This document shows, in pieces, positions 37,167-47,793 of a stretch of 64,000 bases of DNA. Positions within the stretch are counted from its first letter, which is position 1. Each line of letters opens with the position of its first letter. The stretch is from Promethearchaeota archaeon (lineage in GTDB: Archaea; Asgardarchaeota; Lokiarchaeia; Sigyniarchaeales; SOKP01), in assembly GCA_030599585.1 (NCBI GenBank), contig JAUVNS010000012.1, positions 1 to 64,000 of the forward strand, written 5' to 3'. Under the pieces are notes generated by a model. It was given only the letters and a program-made list of their open reading frames with translations. It searched no databases and had not been told where the DNA came from. The position numbers and the translations under genes were made by a program.

Positions 37167-38018
37167 GTGGATAATAGAATGCCTAGTTTGAAAGGAAAAA
37201 CTGCTTTTATTACGGGAGCGAGTAGAGGAATTGGGAAAGCGATAGCTATGAGATTAGCTGAAGATGGGGCGAATATCGCAGTAGTAGCTAAAACTAAAGA
37301 TCCACATCCAAAACTACCTGGAACTGTGTACTCTGCTGTCGAAGATATCGAGTCTGTTGGAGGAAAAGGTATTCCTTGCATTGCTGATATAAGATTTGAG
37401 GACCAAGTCCAATCAGCTGTCGAAGCAACTGTAAAAGAATTTGGTGGGATAGATATTTTGATTAACGATGCCAGTGCGATAAGTCTGACTCCTACTCTAA
37501 AAACTCCAATGAAACGGTTTGATTTGATGGTTTCTGTAAATGTTCGTGGAACATTTTTATGTTCAAAGTTATGTATCCCATATTTAAAAAAATCTGATAA
37601 TCCTCACATATTAAATCTCTCGCCACCTTTAAACATGGACTCAAAATGGTTTGCTCATCATGTAGCTTACACAATGTCAAAATATGGTATGAGCATGTGC
37701 GTTCTTGGTATGGCTGAAGAATTTAAAAAAGAAGGAATAGCAGTTAACGCTTTATGGCCTCGTACTGCAATTGCTACCGCTGCGGTAAAAAACCTATTAG
37801 GAGGAGAAACTGCATTCAAGCACTCAAGAAAACCGGAAATTGTAGCTGATGCGGCGTATATTATTTTAACAAGACCCAGCAGAGATTATACAGGTAATTT
37901 TTTCATTGACGACGAAGTGTTAATTGAAAATGGAGTAACTGATCTTGGAAAATATTCTGTTGTACCAAACGCGCGACTCACACCAGATTTCTTTCTTTAT
38001 GGTGGGGGTCAAACTTAG
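37167..38018 (+). CDS. Short-chain dehydrogenase (HSDL2-like)
   Basis: TGASRGIG, PHPKLPGT, YTMSKY. Confidence 0.9.
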   Translation: MDNRMPSLKGKTAFITGASRGIGKAIAMRLAEDGANIAVVAKTKDPHPKLPGTVYSAVEDIESVGGKGIPCIADIRFEDQVQSAVEATVKEFGGIDILINDASAISLTPTLKTPMKRFDLMVSVNVRGTFLCSKLCIPYLKKSDNPHILNLSPPLNMDSKWFAHHVAYTMSKYGMSMCVLGMAEEFKKEGIAVNALWPRTAIATAAVKNLLGGETAFKHSRKPEIVADAAYIILTRPSRDYTGNFFIDDEVLIENGVTDLGKYSVVPNARLTPDFFLYGGGQT

Positions 38019-38149
38019 TTTTTTTTAAATTCAGATACACTATTCCTTTGTTCAAATCAAGATATTTTGGTAAATATTATTTAAGAAAGTTATTTAATAC
38101 ACTCATACTCTTAAGTATTAAAAAAAATATTAAACGCTTAAAATAAGAG

Positions 38150-38812
38150 ATGATTAAATTGAAAACAAAAGTACGAGTTGTACTGTTCGGACCTCCCGGA
38201 AGTGGAAAAGGCACATTTTCTTCTCAAATAAAAAAAATATTACCGGATATTCCACATATTAGCACAGGGGATATCTTTCGAGAAAATTTAAAGAACGAAA
38301 CACCCCTTGGTTTAAAGGCTAAAGAATATATGGATAAAGGTGAGTTAGTCCCAGATGAGGTAACTATTGATATGGTTGGGGATAGGCTTGATAAAGAAGA
38401 TGTAAAAGAACATGGATTCATATTAGATGGTTTTCCGCGAACTGTAAATCAAACTGAAGCTTTAACCGAGATAACTGAAATAGATTTATTCCTTTTATTA
38501 GATGTAAGTCGTGATATCATAACAAAAAGAATTTTAGGAAGATACTCTTGTAAAAATTGCGGTGAAATCTTTAATAAATACACTCTTCCACCAAAAACAG
38601 AAGGTATATGCGATAAGTGTGGTGCTGAAATAAAATTTGAGCAAAGAAGCGACGATAACGAAGAAACATTAAAAAATCGTTTAGACACTTACGAGAAGAA
38701 CGCAAAACCAATAATAAAATACTACAAAAAGAAAAAATTACTAAAAAAAGTGAACGCTGAAAATACATTAGAATTAACCGAAAATGATATTAGAAAGATA
38801 TTAGAAGTGTAA
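38150..38812 (+). CDS. adk: Adenylate kinase (bacterial type, Zn LID)
   Basis: GPPGSGKGT, STGDIFR, LDGFPRT, CKNC..CDKC. Confidence 0.93.
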   Translation: MIKLKTKVRVVLFGPPGSGKGTFSSQIKKILPDIPHISTGDIFRENLKNETPLGLKAKEYMDKGELVPDEVTIDMVGDRLDKEDVKEHGFILDGFPRTVNQTEALTEITEIDLFLLLDVSRDIITKRILGRYSCKNCGEIFNKYTLPPKTEGICDKCGAEIKFEQRSDDNEETLKNRLDTYEKNAKPIIKYYKKKKLLKKVNAENTLELTENDIRKILEV

Positions 38813-38847
38813 AATTATTTTTACTTTAATTTTTTTATAGGTTTATA

Positions 38848-39597
38848 ATGAAATATAAAATATGTATTGCAATTCCAATTAAATCAGCTGATCTTAATAT
38901 AAACAAACAAGTTATAGAAACTGCGCTAGAAAAAAGCCCTGATTTAATTGAATTTAGATTTGATTTTATAAACGAAGCTAAATTGATCACCCACTCCTTA
39001 CTAAAAGAATTAGTGGCTACCATCCCTCCTAAAATCCCAACAATATTAACCTTTAGAAGAAAACAGGAGGGAGGGCAATATGATTTGAGTATGAATGAAA
39101 GGTTAGATGTTTTAAGACATTTAATTGAAGTAAAGCCAGACTATATAGATATTGAAATTAACTCAGAATCCGAAGTTTTAAAAAACCTTATTGATTTGGC
39201 TTACGATAACAAAGTAAAATTAATCTTCTCTTATCACGATTTTGAAAAATTGGTTACATACGACGAAACAACTGAAATACTAAATAGGTTTGATGAAAAG
39301 TTAAAACATGAACTATCCATTGATGGAGATAAAATAAAAGAAAGTATCTTTAAAATTATATCGACGGCTCAAGTTTTTGATGACAACGTACAAGTTTTAA
39401 ATGTAAGCAAAAAACTTTCTCAGCAAAATAAGAAGTTTGTATGTTTTGCTATGGGGGATGTAGGGCTATTGTCTCGAATATTATGCGTTAAATTTGGATC
39501 TTTATGGACATATGGCTCTCTGGAAGAACAAACTGCTCCTGGGCAAATCAAAATTGAAAAAATTAGAGAAATACATCAATTATTGTATGAAAATTGA
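38848..39597 (+). CDS. aroD: Type I 3-dehydroquinate dehydratase
   Basis: IEFRFD, TFRRKQEGG, SYHDF, TAPGQ. Confidence 0.92.
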   Translation: MKYKICIAIPIKSADLNINKQVIETALEKSPDLIEFRFDFINEAKLITHSLLKELVATIPPKIPTILTFRRKQEGGQYDLSMNERLDVLRHLIEVKPDYIDIEINSESEVLKNLIDLAYDNKVKLIFSYHDFEKLVTYDETTEILNRFDEKLKHELSIDGDKIKESIFKIISTAQVFDDNVQVLNVSKKLSQQNKKFVCFAMGDVGLLSRILCVKFGSLWTYGSLEEQTAPGQIKIEKIREIHQLLYEN

Positions 39598-39610
39598 TGA
39601 AATCTATGAT

Positions 39611-39784
39611 TTATTGGGCCTTATCAAACACAAGTCCGCAATTTCCGCATTTTATTCTCTTTTTATAAACCGGAGATCCCTGCATTGAGTAATAGAGCAC
39701 CTGTGTTTTATCTGGTACCTCGTGTAGCTTTCTCGGGTTTTCTTCACCGCAATCTGAACATTTAAATCGTTTAGTTTCTGCCAT
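39611..39784 (-). CDS. Small zinc-finger protein (57 aa)
   Basis: Not in the track. MAETKRFKCSDCGEENPRKLHEVPDKTQVLYYSMQGSPVYKKRIKCGNCGLVFDKAQ, two CxxC pairs. Confidence 0.8.
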   Translation of the reverse strand: MAETKRFKCSDCGEENPRKLHEVPDKTQVLYYSMQGSPVYKKRIKCGNCGLVFDKAQ

Positions 39785-39950
39785 CGTTAAATTAAATATA
39801 TATCTTGATTATATTTTGAACAAATAATAGTTTCTATAAATATAAATTTAGGGTTTACTATAAATTTGCGTTCTGTTATCTTTACGAATAGAAGTTAGAT
39901 TAAATTCATACTAAATTATGATATTTCTACAATATTCAAATTATAAATAA

Positions 39951-40370
39951 TTACCAAAATGCCTTTTCCATTTTTTTTATCGGGTCATCTAAAGAATCTT
40001 CAATATCCTGTTCAAAATTTGAAAAAATAGATACATCGTTATCCCAATTATCTATAGTTTCTTTAGAGTATACCGTAAAAAATTTGTCCATTACACTTCT
40101 TAATTCTTGAAGGACTTTTTTCGGCTTAATTTTTTTATCTGAATTTGCAATAAAGATAAAATGAGCCCGTTTTAGTATTGTGAAGCGTTCGTTGCCCAAT
40201 TCAAAATTAGATAGCCCATCCTGGGCGATTTGTTCAGCAAACGAATTTAACGCAGTCAAAAGAGCTCCAAAAAGTTGTTCGTCTAATGTTTCCTCATAGA
40301 CTCTACTAAAGACAACTATACCCCCCTCGGATATTATCCACATGTCTCGTATAATCTTATTCGAAACCAA
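39951..40370 (-). CDS. Longin-like domain protein
   Basis: WIISEGGIVVFSR..DEQLFGALLTALNSFAEQI..LSNFELG. Confidence 0.75.
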   Translation of the reverse strand: MVSNKIIRDMWIISEGGIVVFSRVYEETLDEQLFGALLTALNSFAEQIAQDGLSNFELGNERFTILKRAHFIFIANSDKKIKPKKVLQELRSVMDKFFTVYSKETIDNWDNDVSIFSNFEQDIEDSLDDPIKKMEKAFW

Positions 40371-40589
40371 AAAGCATCACTTAGAGAATTAATTGATTTA
40401 ATCTAAAATCGACTAGAATTATTATTTTATATTAGTTAATAAGTTTTTTTAATGTTAATATAAGTATTAAAAGTATTAAAATCGTCAAAACAGTCTTAAT
40501 AAGGCAACAAAATTCTAAAAAATCTAGAATAATTATTTTTTTTTCAATAAATTAAACTCTAAAGATTTTTAAAAGAAAATTTTGATATA

Positions 40590-41345
40590 TTGGTTATGAC
40601 ATATACGCCATTTAGTAACAATATTTTGCCAATATTCTTCTATTATCTTGGTCTTATCGTTTTCAGTATTGTAATGACAATATTGATGATTAAGAAATGG
40701 AGAGAGCGAAAAGTTAATCCGCCTCTTTATCTTTCAATTGTATTTGTTTTACTTACAATTGCCTTAATAACTCTTACGGTAGGTCTAGGTGAAGCGGTAT
40801 TTTCTGGTTTTTTTAAGGAAATCTACAGAATTTCTATACCCATTTCCTATAGCATGATACTAATAGCAGATATTTTCCTTTTTGTCTTTGCGAAAGTAAT
40901 TACTGGTAAAGGAAAAAAAGCTCTAGTACCACTAATAATATTTGCTCTCGTAATAATCTTTGTTTTATTCCTTCCTTGGAACTGGTGGGGGGTACCTCCT
41001 GAAGATTATGTGGGGCAATTAAATATTCGACTCTATACAACGCTTTCTGTCATTCTCTATTCCTACACTGTTTATATCTTCATTGCTGGATTTTGTAGAA
41101 AAGCAAGGAAACAAACAGAAGATGCTAAAGCAAAAGCGGGTTTAACGTTTTTGTTTTTATCCATGATGTCCATGATAGGCTTCTTTCTTATGTTTATAGC
41201 TGACACTTTACTTATTACTCTTACTGATCATCCTGGATATTCTGAATTTATTTATATTGCTTGGATCTTTGCGATTTTATTCTTTATTTTTACCTATCTG
41301 TCGTTGGTTATGCCAAAATGGCTGGTGGAAAGGATTGAGAAATAA
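40590..41345 (+). CDS. Seven-TM membrane protein, unknown function
   Basis: About 7 hydrophobic helices, no soluble domain. Confidence 0.75.
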   Translation: MVMTYTPFSNNILPIFFYYLGLIVFSIVMTILMIKKWRERKVNPPLYLSIVFVLLTIALITLTVGLGEAVFSGFFKEIYRISIPISYSMILIADIFLFVFAKVITGKGKKALVPLIIFALVIIFVLFLPWNWWGVPPEDYVGQLNIRLYTTLSVILYSYTVYIFIAGFCRKARKQTEDAKAKAGLTFLFLSMMSMIGFFLMFIADTLLITLTDHPGYSEFIYIAWIFAILFFIFTYLSLVMPKWLVERIEK

Positions 41346-41380
41346 TTTAGCAGAGAGTAAAATTAATTTTTTCTTTTTTT

Positions 41381-41920
41381 TTATTGAAGTTTAGATTGCG
41401 TAAGAATTTCCTCAACGATTCTTTCAACCGGTTTTTCAGTAGTATCGATGATGATCTCTGCTGCTGATTTATAATAAGGTTCTCTATAATGCAATAATTT
41501 TTCTATTTCTTTAAATGGTTCTTCTTTATTGATAATTGGCCTGTTTTCTTTTCCTTCACCCATTGCTCTCCTATATATTACTTCAGGAGTAGCAGTTAAT
41601 AAAACTATTTGGCATGTCTGTTTTAAAATTTCAATATTTTCTTGATTTAAAACAACTCCCCCACCACAAGATATAATCGATTTTTTTAATTGAGCTGCTT
41701 GTTTACACGCCTCACGCTCGTATTCTCTGAACAAAGCTTCTCCGTCTTCAGAAAATATTTTTGGGATTGATTTACCAGCCATCTTCACGATTAAGAGATC
41801 GGTTTCTATAAAAGTATAATTCTCTCCTAAATGTTCCTTCAATGCTTTTCCTACAACAGATTTACCTGTAGCCATAAACCCAATTAAAGCAATAGATTCC
41901 TTAGGCATCCATTCAAACAC
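41381..41920 (-). CDS. aroK: Shikimate kinase (AroK type)
   Basis: GFMATGKS, GEALFREYE, SCGGGVV, RP. Confidence 0.92.
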   Translation of the reverse strand: MFEWMPKESIALIGFMATGKSVVGKALKEHLGENYTFIETDLLIVKMAGKSIPKIFSEDGEALFREYEREACKQAAQLKKSIISCGGGVVLNQENIEILKQTCQIVLLTATPEVIYRRAMGEGKENRPIINKEEPFKEIEKLLHYREPYYKSAAEIIIDTTEKPVERIVEEILTQSKLQ

Positions 41921-41969
41921 TATTCTATTTATATTAACTTCATTTAAAAGAAAAAAAGAATATTAAAAG

Positions 41970-42524
41970 TTATTTCATCGAAAAACCGTGCGTTTCCAAT
42001 ACGCGATTCTCTAAACCGATATAATTTCCGTTTAAATAGGCAAAACAATTAAATTTTTCAGGATCTAATTTCCCATTTGTAACTAATTTCTCATCAGAAT
42101 GAGTTGCGACTACTTCACCAAAGTAACAAACATGAGAACCAAGCTCAACTCTTTTTATGACTTTGCATTCCATGTTCCATGGAAACTCTTTCACCATCGG
42201 GACTTTAACCAGTGCTCCTTGTTCTTTGGTTAGATTCAATTCCTTCCATTTATTCACATCCCTTCCCGACTTCGTCCCACAGTAATCCATTTCTTTCAAT
42301 TGGTCTTTTGTAGGGTAATTAATGACAAATTCTCCATGTTTTTCGATTAATCCATAGGAATGCCTCATTGGTCGCATTGATATTGCGATGATGGGAGGTT
42401 TTGCGCATACTTTACCTACATAAGCGAGAGTGATTAAGTTCGCTTCTTCACCAATTCCTACCGATATAACTGCTGCGGGCATTGGGAACATCGATATTCC
42501 AGTGTTAAGATCAATCTTTTTCAT
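41970..42524 (-). CDS. Flavin reductase-like protein
   Basis: PMPAAVIS, CGTKSGRDVNK, MECKV..GSH. Confidence 0.88.
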   Translation of the reverse strand: MKKIDLNTGISMFPMPAAVISVGIGEEANLITLAYVGKVCAKPPIIAISMRPMRHSYGLIEKHGEFVINYPTKDQLKEMDYCGTKSGRDVNKWKELNLTKEQGALVKVPMVKEFPWNMECKVIKRVELGSHVCYFGEVVATHSDEKLVTNGKLDPEKFNCFAYLNGNYIGLENRVLETHGFSMK

Positions 42525-42632
42525 TTCTTAAATCCATCCTTTTGTAGTATTCTTCGGTTAGCTAATTAATTATATATTAATTTTATTCTTAAACATATTA
42601 ATAGTTTTAAATTTAATAATTGTTGTAATAAT

Positions 42633-43505
42633 ATGCTGAATAACCCGTATATAGGAGCACGTACTAATATTCTATGCGTAATTGGGCATCCCATCGAGCA
42701 TAGTATGAGTCCAATAATGCATAATGCGGCACTTAATGAACTGTCCTTAGATTACGTTTATTTAGCTTTTGATGTAACCCCTACTGATCTAGAAAAAGCA
42801 GTATTAGGGTTTAAAAAAAGTAATATCAAGGGTATAAATGTCACAATTCCTCATAAAGAAGCAATAATCCAATATTTAGACGAACTTGATCCTCTTTCAA
42901 AACAAATTGGAGCAGTTAATACCATTAAAAATGAAGGGAGTGTGCTACTAGGAAGAAATACAGACGCACTTGGAGCTAAACAAGCATTATTAGACGCTGG
43001 ATTCAAAATCGATGGGAAAAAAGCATTAATATTGGGCGCAGGTGGGGCTGCTAGAGCAATTAGTTTTGCGTTATCTGAAAAAATTGACGAAATATTTATC
43101 AGTAATAGAACGGAAGAGAGAGCAATTAAGCTAGCTAAAGAATTACAAGACAAGACAAAGATAAAAGCTACAGGTAAGGACATGAGCGAAAAGACTCTAA
43201 GAACTCTAGCATATTCTGTTGATATACTCATAAACACAACTCCGATTGGGATGTATCCCAAGATTGATATATCACCAATATCTAGAGATTTACTCAATGA
43301 AAACTTATTTATTTTTGATATCATATACAACCCTCTTCAGACTCGATTACTAAAGGATGCGAAAGAAATCGGTTCTAAAACCCTAAACGGGTTAGATATG
43401 TTTATTAATCAAGGAGCTTTAGCATTTGAGTGGTGGACAGGTAAAAAACCGAACGTTAAATTAATGAAAGAAAAAATTATTGAACAATTAGGTAATAAAC
43501 AATGA
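42633..43505 (+). CDS. aroE: Shikimate dehydrogenase
   Basis: HSMSP, NVTIPHKE, GAVNT, NTD, GAGGAARA. Confidence 0.95.
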   Translation: MLNNPYIGARTNILCVIGHPIEHSMSPIMHNAALNELSLDYVYLAFDVTPTDLEKAVLGFKKSNIKGINVTIPHKEAIIQYLDELDPLSKQIGAVNTIKNEGSVLLGRNTDALGAKQALLDAGFKIDGKKALILGAGGAARAISFALSEKIDEIFISNRTEERAIKLAKELQDKTKIKATGKDMSEKTLRTLAYSVDILINTTPIGMYPKIDISPISRDLLNENLFIFDIIYNPLQTRLLKDAKEIGSKTLNGLDMFINQGALAFEWWTGKKPNVKLMKEKIIEQLGNKQ

Positions 43506-44404
43506 CGCAAAAAAAAATCACAATTATTGGTGGTTCAGGTGGTATGGGTAAGGTTTTTGGAAGATACTTTAAACGCCATGGTTTTGAGGTAACAATATAT
43601 GCTCGAAATAAGGAAAGATTGAAGGCTGTAGCTACTGAAGTAGGTGTATATTATGAATTCTCCCTTGAAAAGAGCGTAAAACAAGCCGATATTGTAATGG
43701 TAACTATTCCAATTAAGTCTACTCCAGATATGATTAAAAAAATTGGACCCTATTTGAAGGAAAATGCCTTAATCTTTGATATTACATCAATTAAGAAAGC
43801 AGTATTCGAAGCCTTAGAAGATTTAAAAAATACATTTCCTGTAAATTGCATTTCGTTGCATCCTATGTTTGGTCCTGGAATTAAGGACATGAAAAATTAT
43901 GTTATAATAGTGCTAAAAATAGGAGGAACTGACAAATACGACGTAATCATAAATAATCTCTTAGATATGTTCAGATCAGATGGATTGATCATAACCGAAA
44001 CTTCCCCAGATATTCACGATAAAAGGGTAGCCCTTACCTTAGGCGTGCCACATATGTTGAACATTCTATTTTTAAATCTCCTTAAGAACGCAAATGAACC
44101 ACTGAACGAATTAACTAAATATACTGGAACGACTTTCTTACTTCAAAAAGTATTTGCTGAGAGTATTATCCAGAGAGAAATGGAAATGTTTGGGGAGATT
44201 CAGATGGAAAATCAACAATTTCTTACAATTTTAGAAATGTTTGAAAAATTATTGAAAAAATATAGGAAATCAATCGAAAATAAAGACATGAAAGGCTTTA
44301 ACGAAATATTTTCGCAAGGATTAGATTATTCCAAAGAAGATAATCATTTTGAGAATTCTTATAAGTATTTTTATGAATTTATGAAGATTTTAAAAGGAAA
44401 ATAG
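43502..44404 (+). CDS. tyrA: Prephenate/arogenate dehydrogenase
   Basis: IIGGSGGMG, DITSIK, HPMFGP, HD. Confidence 0.9.
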   Translation: MTQKKITIIGGSGGMGKVFGRYFKRHGFEVTIYARNKERLKAVATEVGVYYEFSLEKSVKQADIVMVTIPIKSTPDMIKKIGPYLKENALIFDITSIKKAVFEALEDLKNTFPVNCISLHPMFGPGIKDMKNYVIIVLKIGGTDKYDVIINNLLDMFRSDGLIITETSPDIHDKRVALTLGVPHMLNILFLNLLKNANEPLNELTKYTGTTFLLQKVFAESIIQREMEMFGEIQMENQQFLTILEMFEKLLKKYRKSIENKDMKGFNEIFSQGLDYSKEDNHFENSYKYFYEFMKILKGK

Positions 44405-44427
44405 AAATAGAAAAAATAGAAATAATT

Positions 44428-44805
44428 TTAGTTAATTTTAGTTCCACAGAATGCGCAAAATTTCAATCCTTCTCTCTCGCCGATTTTCACGCCACAATTA
44501 GAGCAAAATTTCGACTCTTCAGCAATTTGAGCATTAATTTCCACGTAATTCTCTGTTTCTTTATGGTTATCAATCTGCGATGTTTTGATATTAAGAACGC
44601 TATCATTTTGATTATTAGAGATAGGTTGGCAAATCGATTTACAATGGACGCAACGATTTGGTTCTTTACCGTAGTAGATTGCGAGATAGATAAGAACGAA
44701 AAATCCTGCTGATAAGATACATAATATGATTATTAAACATAAATTTATATCCTCTCTTACTGTGAGAACATTCGTTTTACAATTCGGACAATATTTAGAT
44801 GCCAT
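44428..44805 (-). CDS. LITAF-like CxxC-TM-CxxC protein with C-terminal zinc ribbon
   Basis: CPNC, hydrophobic segment, CVHC, then CSNC..CAFC. Confidence 0.75.
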   Translation of the reverse strand: MASKYCPNCKTNVLTVREDINLCLIIILCILSAGFFVLIYLAIYYGKEPNRCVHCKSICQPISNNQNDSVLNIKTSQIDNHKETENYVEINAQIAEESKFCSNCGVKIGEREGLKFCAFCGTKIN

Positions 44806-45234
44806 ATACTTTACCTTTTCAATGCTTTTCGTATAAAAATCTTAATACTTAATTAAAACATAAATTTGATAAATTATAAAAAATCTGGAGTCCAGTTTTT
44901 AGACAATTGTTTAGAGACAAAAATATTTCGAAAATAAAAATCGTGGAGTTAAAAATAACTAAGTTGAAAAATAAATAAATGAATCTTGTAGTGAGGGTTC
45001 AACCACGGAAAATTTAACATCCTTTCAAGTTTATAGCACAGGAAATTTTGGTGTACTTAATATCTTGGTTGATAAGATATGGGTAAACAATAACAGAATT
45101 TATTTTAGAGTAAGAAAAATAATTACAAGTAAAAAAAATTACTTAAAAAAGGAAAAGTATCCCAATATTTATTCTATTCATCAAGAGGATGTATTTAGCA
45201 TAAGATGCAGATTATACCTATGAAAATCTATATC

Positions 45235-45621
45235 CTAAACTTTTGATCCACAATGGGCACAAAACTTTGCGAGTTCGTTTAGTAGTGTCTCGCCACAATA
45301 TGAGCAATACTTAAGTTTTGAAGTTTCGTTGGCCTTAACCTTTATATCACTGTTAATATCGTTATAATGTGTTTTTTGATTTTCGGCTTGAACATAAGTT
45401 GACGCTTGAACACCAAGTTCTGATTTCAACGATATTTGAGCGTGACAGTGAATACAACGGCTTTCAGGTTTATTATAATATATTACTAAATATATTATTA
45501 ACCCGATTCCCCCGGTAAAGATCAGAAGAATTATTATAAGCGGCCAATTTAAAGCCTCTCTTACTAACAACACATTTTGGTTGCAATTAGGGCAATATCC
45601 TACACGATTTCTTGTTGACAT
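45235..45621 (-). CDS. LITAF-like CxxC-TM-CxxC protein with C-terminal zinc ribbon (paralog)
   Basis: CPNC, hydrophobic segment, CIHC, then CSYC..CAHC. Confidence 0.75.
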   Translation of the reverse strand: MSTRNRVGYCPNCNQNVLLVREALNWPLIIILLIFTGGIGLIIYLVIYYNKPESRCIHCHAQISLKSELGVQASTYVQAENQKTHYNDINSDIKVKANETSKLKYCSYCGETLLNELAKFCAHCGSKV

Positions 45622-45874
45622 TATTTATCTTCAATAGTTCTTAAACTTAAAATTTTTAAAGATATATAAGATAATGTAAAAAATAACCACTTTAAAATTT
45701 TTACCGCTGATATCTTTAAATTCTAAAAAGTTGTTAAATAGTATAATTCTGGCAAAACAATTTGATAAAACTTCTTAACAACCTAAAACTTAGAATTGTT
45801 ACGCTACGTATTATATAATGTAAAATAGACATATTTTTACAATTAATTTTTATAGATTCAAATAATAGAAATAC

Positions 45875-46504
45875 ATGATAAAAACTATGCAACAAACATT
45901 ATTTATCGTCCTCGACGGAATTGACGGCGCAGGAACTACGACTCACAGCAAATTATTAGCAGGATTTTTATCCTTAAAAGGGTTAAAAACTTATTTAACT
46001 CGAGAACCCTCAAGTAGCGAAATTGGGAAGTTATTAAGAATATATTTAAAAGACGAAAGAATTCCTGCATCTACTGATGCTCTGCTATTTGCTGCCGATA
46101 GAGTTCTCCATTATAAAAACGAAATAAAAAAAAAATTAGAAGAGGGCTATATAGTAATATCGGATAGATATATAGAATCCTCGATTGCTTACCAATCAAG
46201 TCAATCCGATGAAATTACCATCGAATGGATAGAAAATTTAAATCTGTTTGCTGGTGAACCAGATCTTACAATAATATTGGATATAGATCCAAAAATTTCA
46301 TTATCAAGAAAAAATCAAGAATTTTTAGAGAAATTCGAAGACACTTCATTACTAGATAAAGTAAGACAAGTATACCTTACCCGTGCTGAAAAATTAGGAT
46401 ATTCAATAATAAATACCAACAATATTATCGAATTAGTCCAAACTGAGATTCAAGAAGTCGTTCTGAATAAATTAAAAGAAAAAGGAATTGGTATTAAAAA
46501 ATAA
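45875..46504 (+). CDS. tmk: Thymidylate kinase
   Basis: DGIDGAGTTT, LLFAADR, SDRY..SSIAYQ. Confidence 0.93.
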   Translation: MIKTMQQTLFIVLDGIDGAGTTTHSKLLAGFLSLKGLKTYLTREPSSSEIGKLLRIYLKDERIPASTDALLFAADRVLHYKNEIKKKLEEGYIVISDRYIESSIAYQSSQSDEITIEWIENLNLFAGEPDLTIILDIDPKISLSRKNQEFLEKFEDTSLLDKVRQVYLTRAEKLGYSIINTNNIIELVQTEIQEVVLNKLKEKGIGIKK

Positions 46505-46513
46505 AGAAATTGA

Positions 46514-47791
46514 GTGCGAAATGAAATGAGTTATACAATCGCTGAAAAGGTTTTAAAAGAGCATTCAAATCTTAAAGAAATTTCTCCTGGACAATTTGTA
46601 GATTGCGATATTGATATGATAATGGTACACGAACAATTGGGTGGTAGAATTCATCTGGAATATGATAAACTTGGAATAGACTATATCTGGGATCCGGACA
46701 AGGTTTTTTTTATATTAGATCATTGGGTACCTCCTCCAACGATTTCCTCAGCTCAAATGCACCAGGACGCAAGAAAATTTGCTGAAAAATATAAAATCAC
46801 TCATAATTATGGATACCAGCAAGATAAAGGAATATGTCATCAAGTATTACCTGAAATGGGTTTTGCAAGACCAGGTATGTTAATTGTTGGTTCTGATAGT
46901 CATACGACAACCTATGGGGCTTTTAACTGTCTTTCAACAGGGATAGGTGCTACCGATGTTTCTGTGGTGTTTGCCACCGGTAAATTGTGGTTTAAAGTTC
47001 CTGAATCAATCAAGATTAATTTGCATGGACACTTTGAAAAAGGAATAATGGCTAAAGATTTTATATTGTCACTGATCGGAGATATCTCCACTAAAGGAGC
47101 CTTATATAAATCCTTGGAATTTCATGGAGATGGCGCTAAAAATCTATCAATAGATTCGAGAATGACAATCACTAATATGGTTGTAGAAGCTGGTGCTAAA
47201 TTCGGGATTTTTCTCCCAGACGATAGGTTGAAAGAATGGTTAGCAAAGCGAACAAGTAAACAATATAGGAATGTTGTTCCGGACGAAAAAGCAGAATATC
47301 AACAAGAATTAAGTTACGAATTATCAGAAATTACTCCTACGGTTGCAAAACCCTCCAACCCAGGAAATATAGCTAAAGTTGAAGAAGTTGAGGGGACTGA
47401 AATAGATCAAGCTTTTTTAGGAAGTTGTACTAATGGTAGAATAGAAGATTTAAGAATAGCAGCCAAAATTTTAGAGGGAAACAAAATTCACCCTAAGGTT
47501 CGAATGATAGTAACTCCTGCCTCAAAAGAAATTTACTTACAAGCTTTAAAAGAGGGATTATTAGAAATTTTTTTACGCGCTAATGCTATAGTTACTAATT
47601 CGACTTGTGGTGCGTGTATTGGGGGCCACTTAGGGGTTTTAGGTCCTAATGAAGTATGTATTAGTAGCACAAATCGTAATTTTAAAGGTAGAATGGGGGA
47701 TCCAACTTCAGAAATTTATTTGGCATCACCAGCTACAGTTGCTGCATCAGCAATAAATGGTAGCATAAAAGATCCACGGGGGGTGATCTGA
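46514..47791 (+). CDS. leuC: 3-isopropylmalate dehydratase/homoaconitase large subunit
   Basis: GICHQV, GSDSHT, GSCTNGR, CGACIG, NRNFKGRMG. Confidence 0.88.
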   Translation: MRNEMSYTIAEKVLKEHSNLKEISPGQFVDCDIDMIMVHEQLGGRIHLEYDKLGIDYIWDPDKVFFILDHWVPPPTISSAQMHQDARKFAEKYKITHNYGYQQDKGICHQVLPEMGFARPGMLIVGSDSHTTTYGAFNCLSTGIGATDVSVVFATGKLWFKVPESIKINLHGHFEKGIMAKDFILSLIGDISTKGALYKSLEFHGDGAKNLSIDSRMTITNMVVEAGAKFGIFLPDDRLKEWLAKRTSKQYRNVVPDEKAEYQQELSYELSEITPTVAKPSNPGNIAKVEEVEGTEIDQAFLGSCTNGRIEDLRIAAKILEGNKIHPKVRMIVTPASKEIYLQALKEGLLEIFLRANAIVTNSTCGACIGGHLGVLGPNEVCISSTNRNFKGRMGDPTSEIYLASPATVAASAINGSIKDPRGVI

Positions 47792-47793
47792 TT

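Noticed and set aside
44990-45010. GTGAGGGTTCAACCAC resembling a tRNA T-arm fragment or att site
   Set aside because: Too short, with no complete T stem or acceptor strand.
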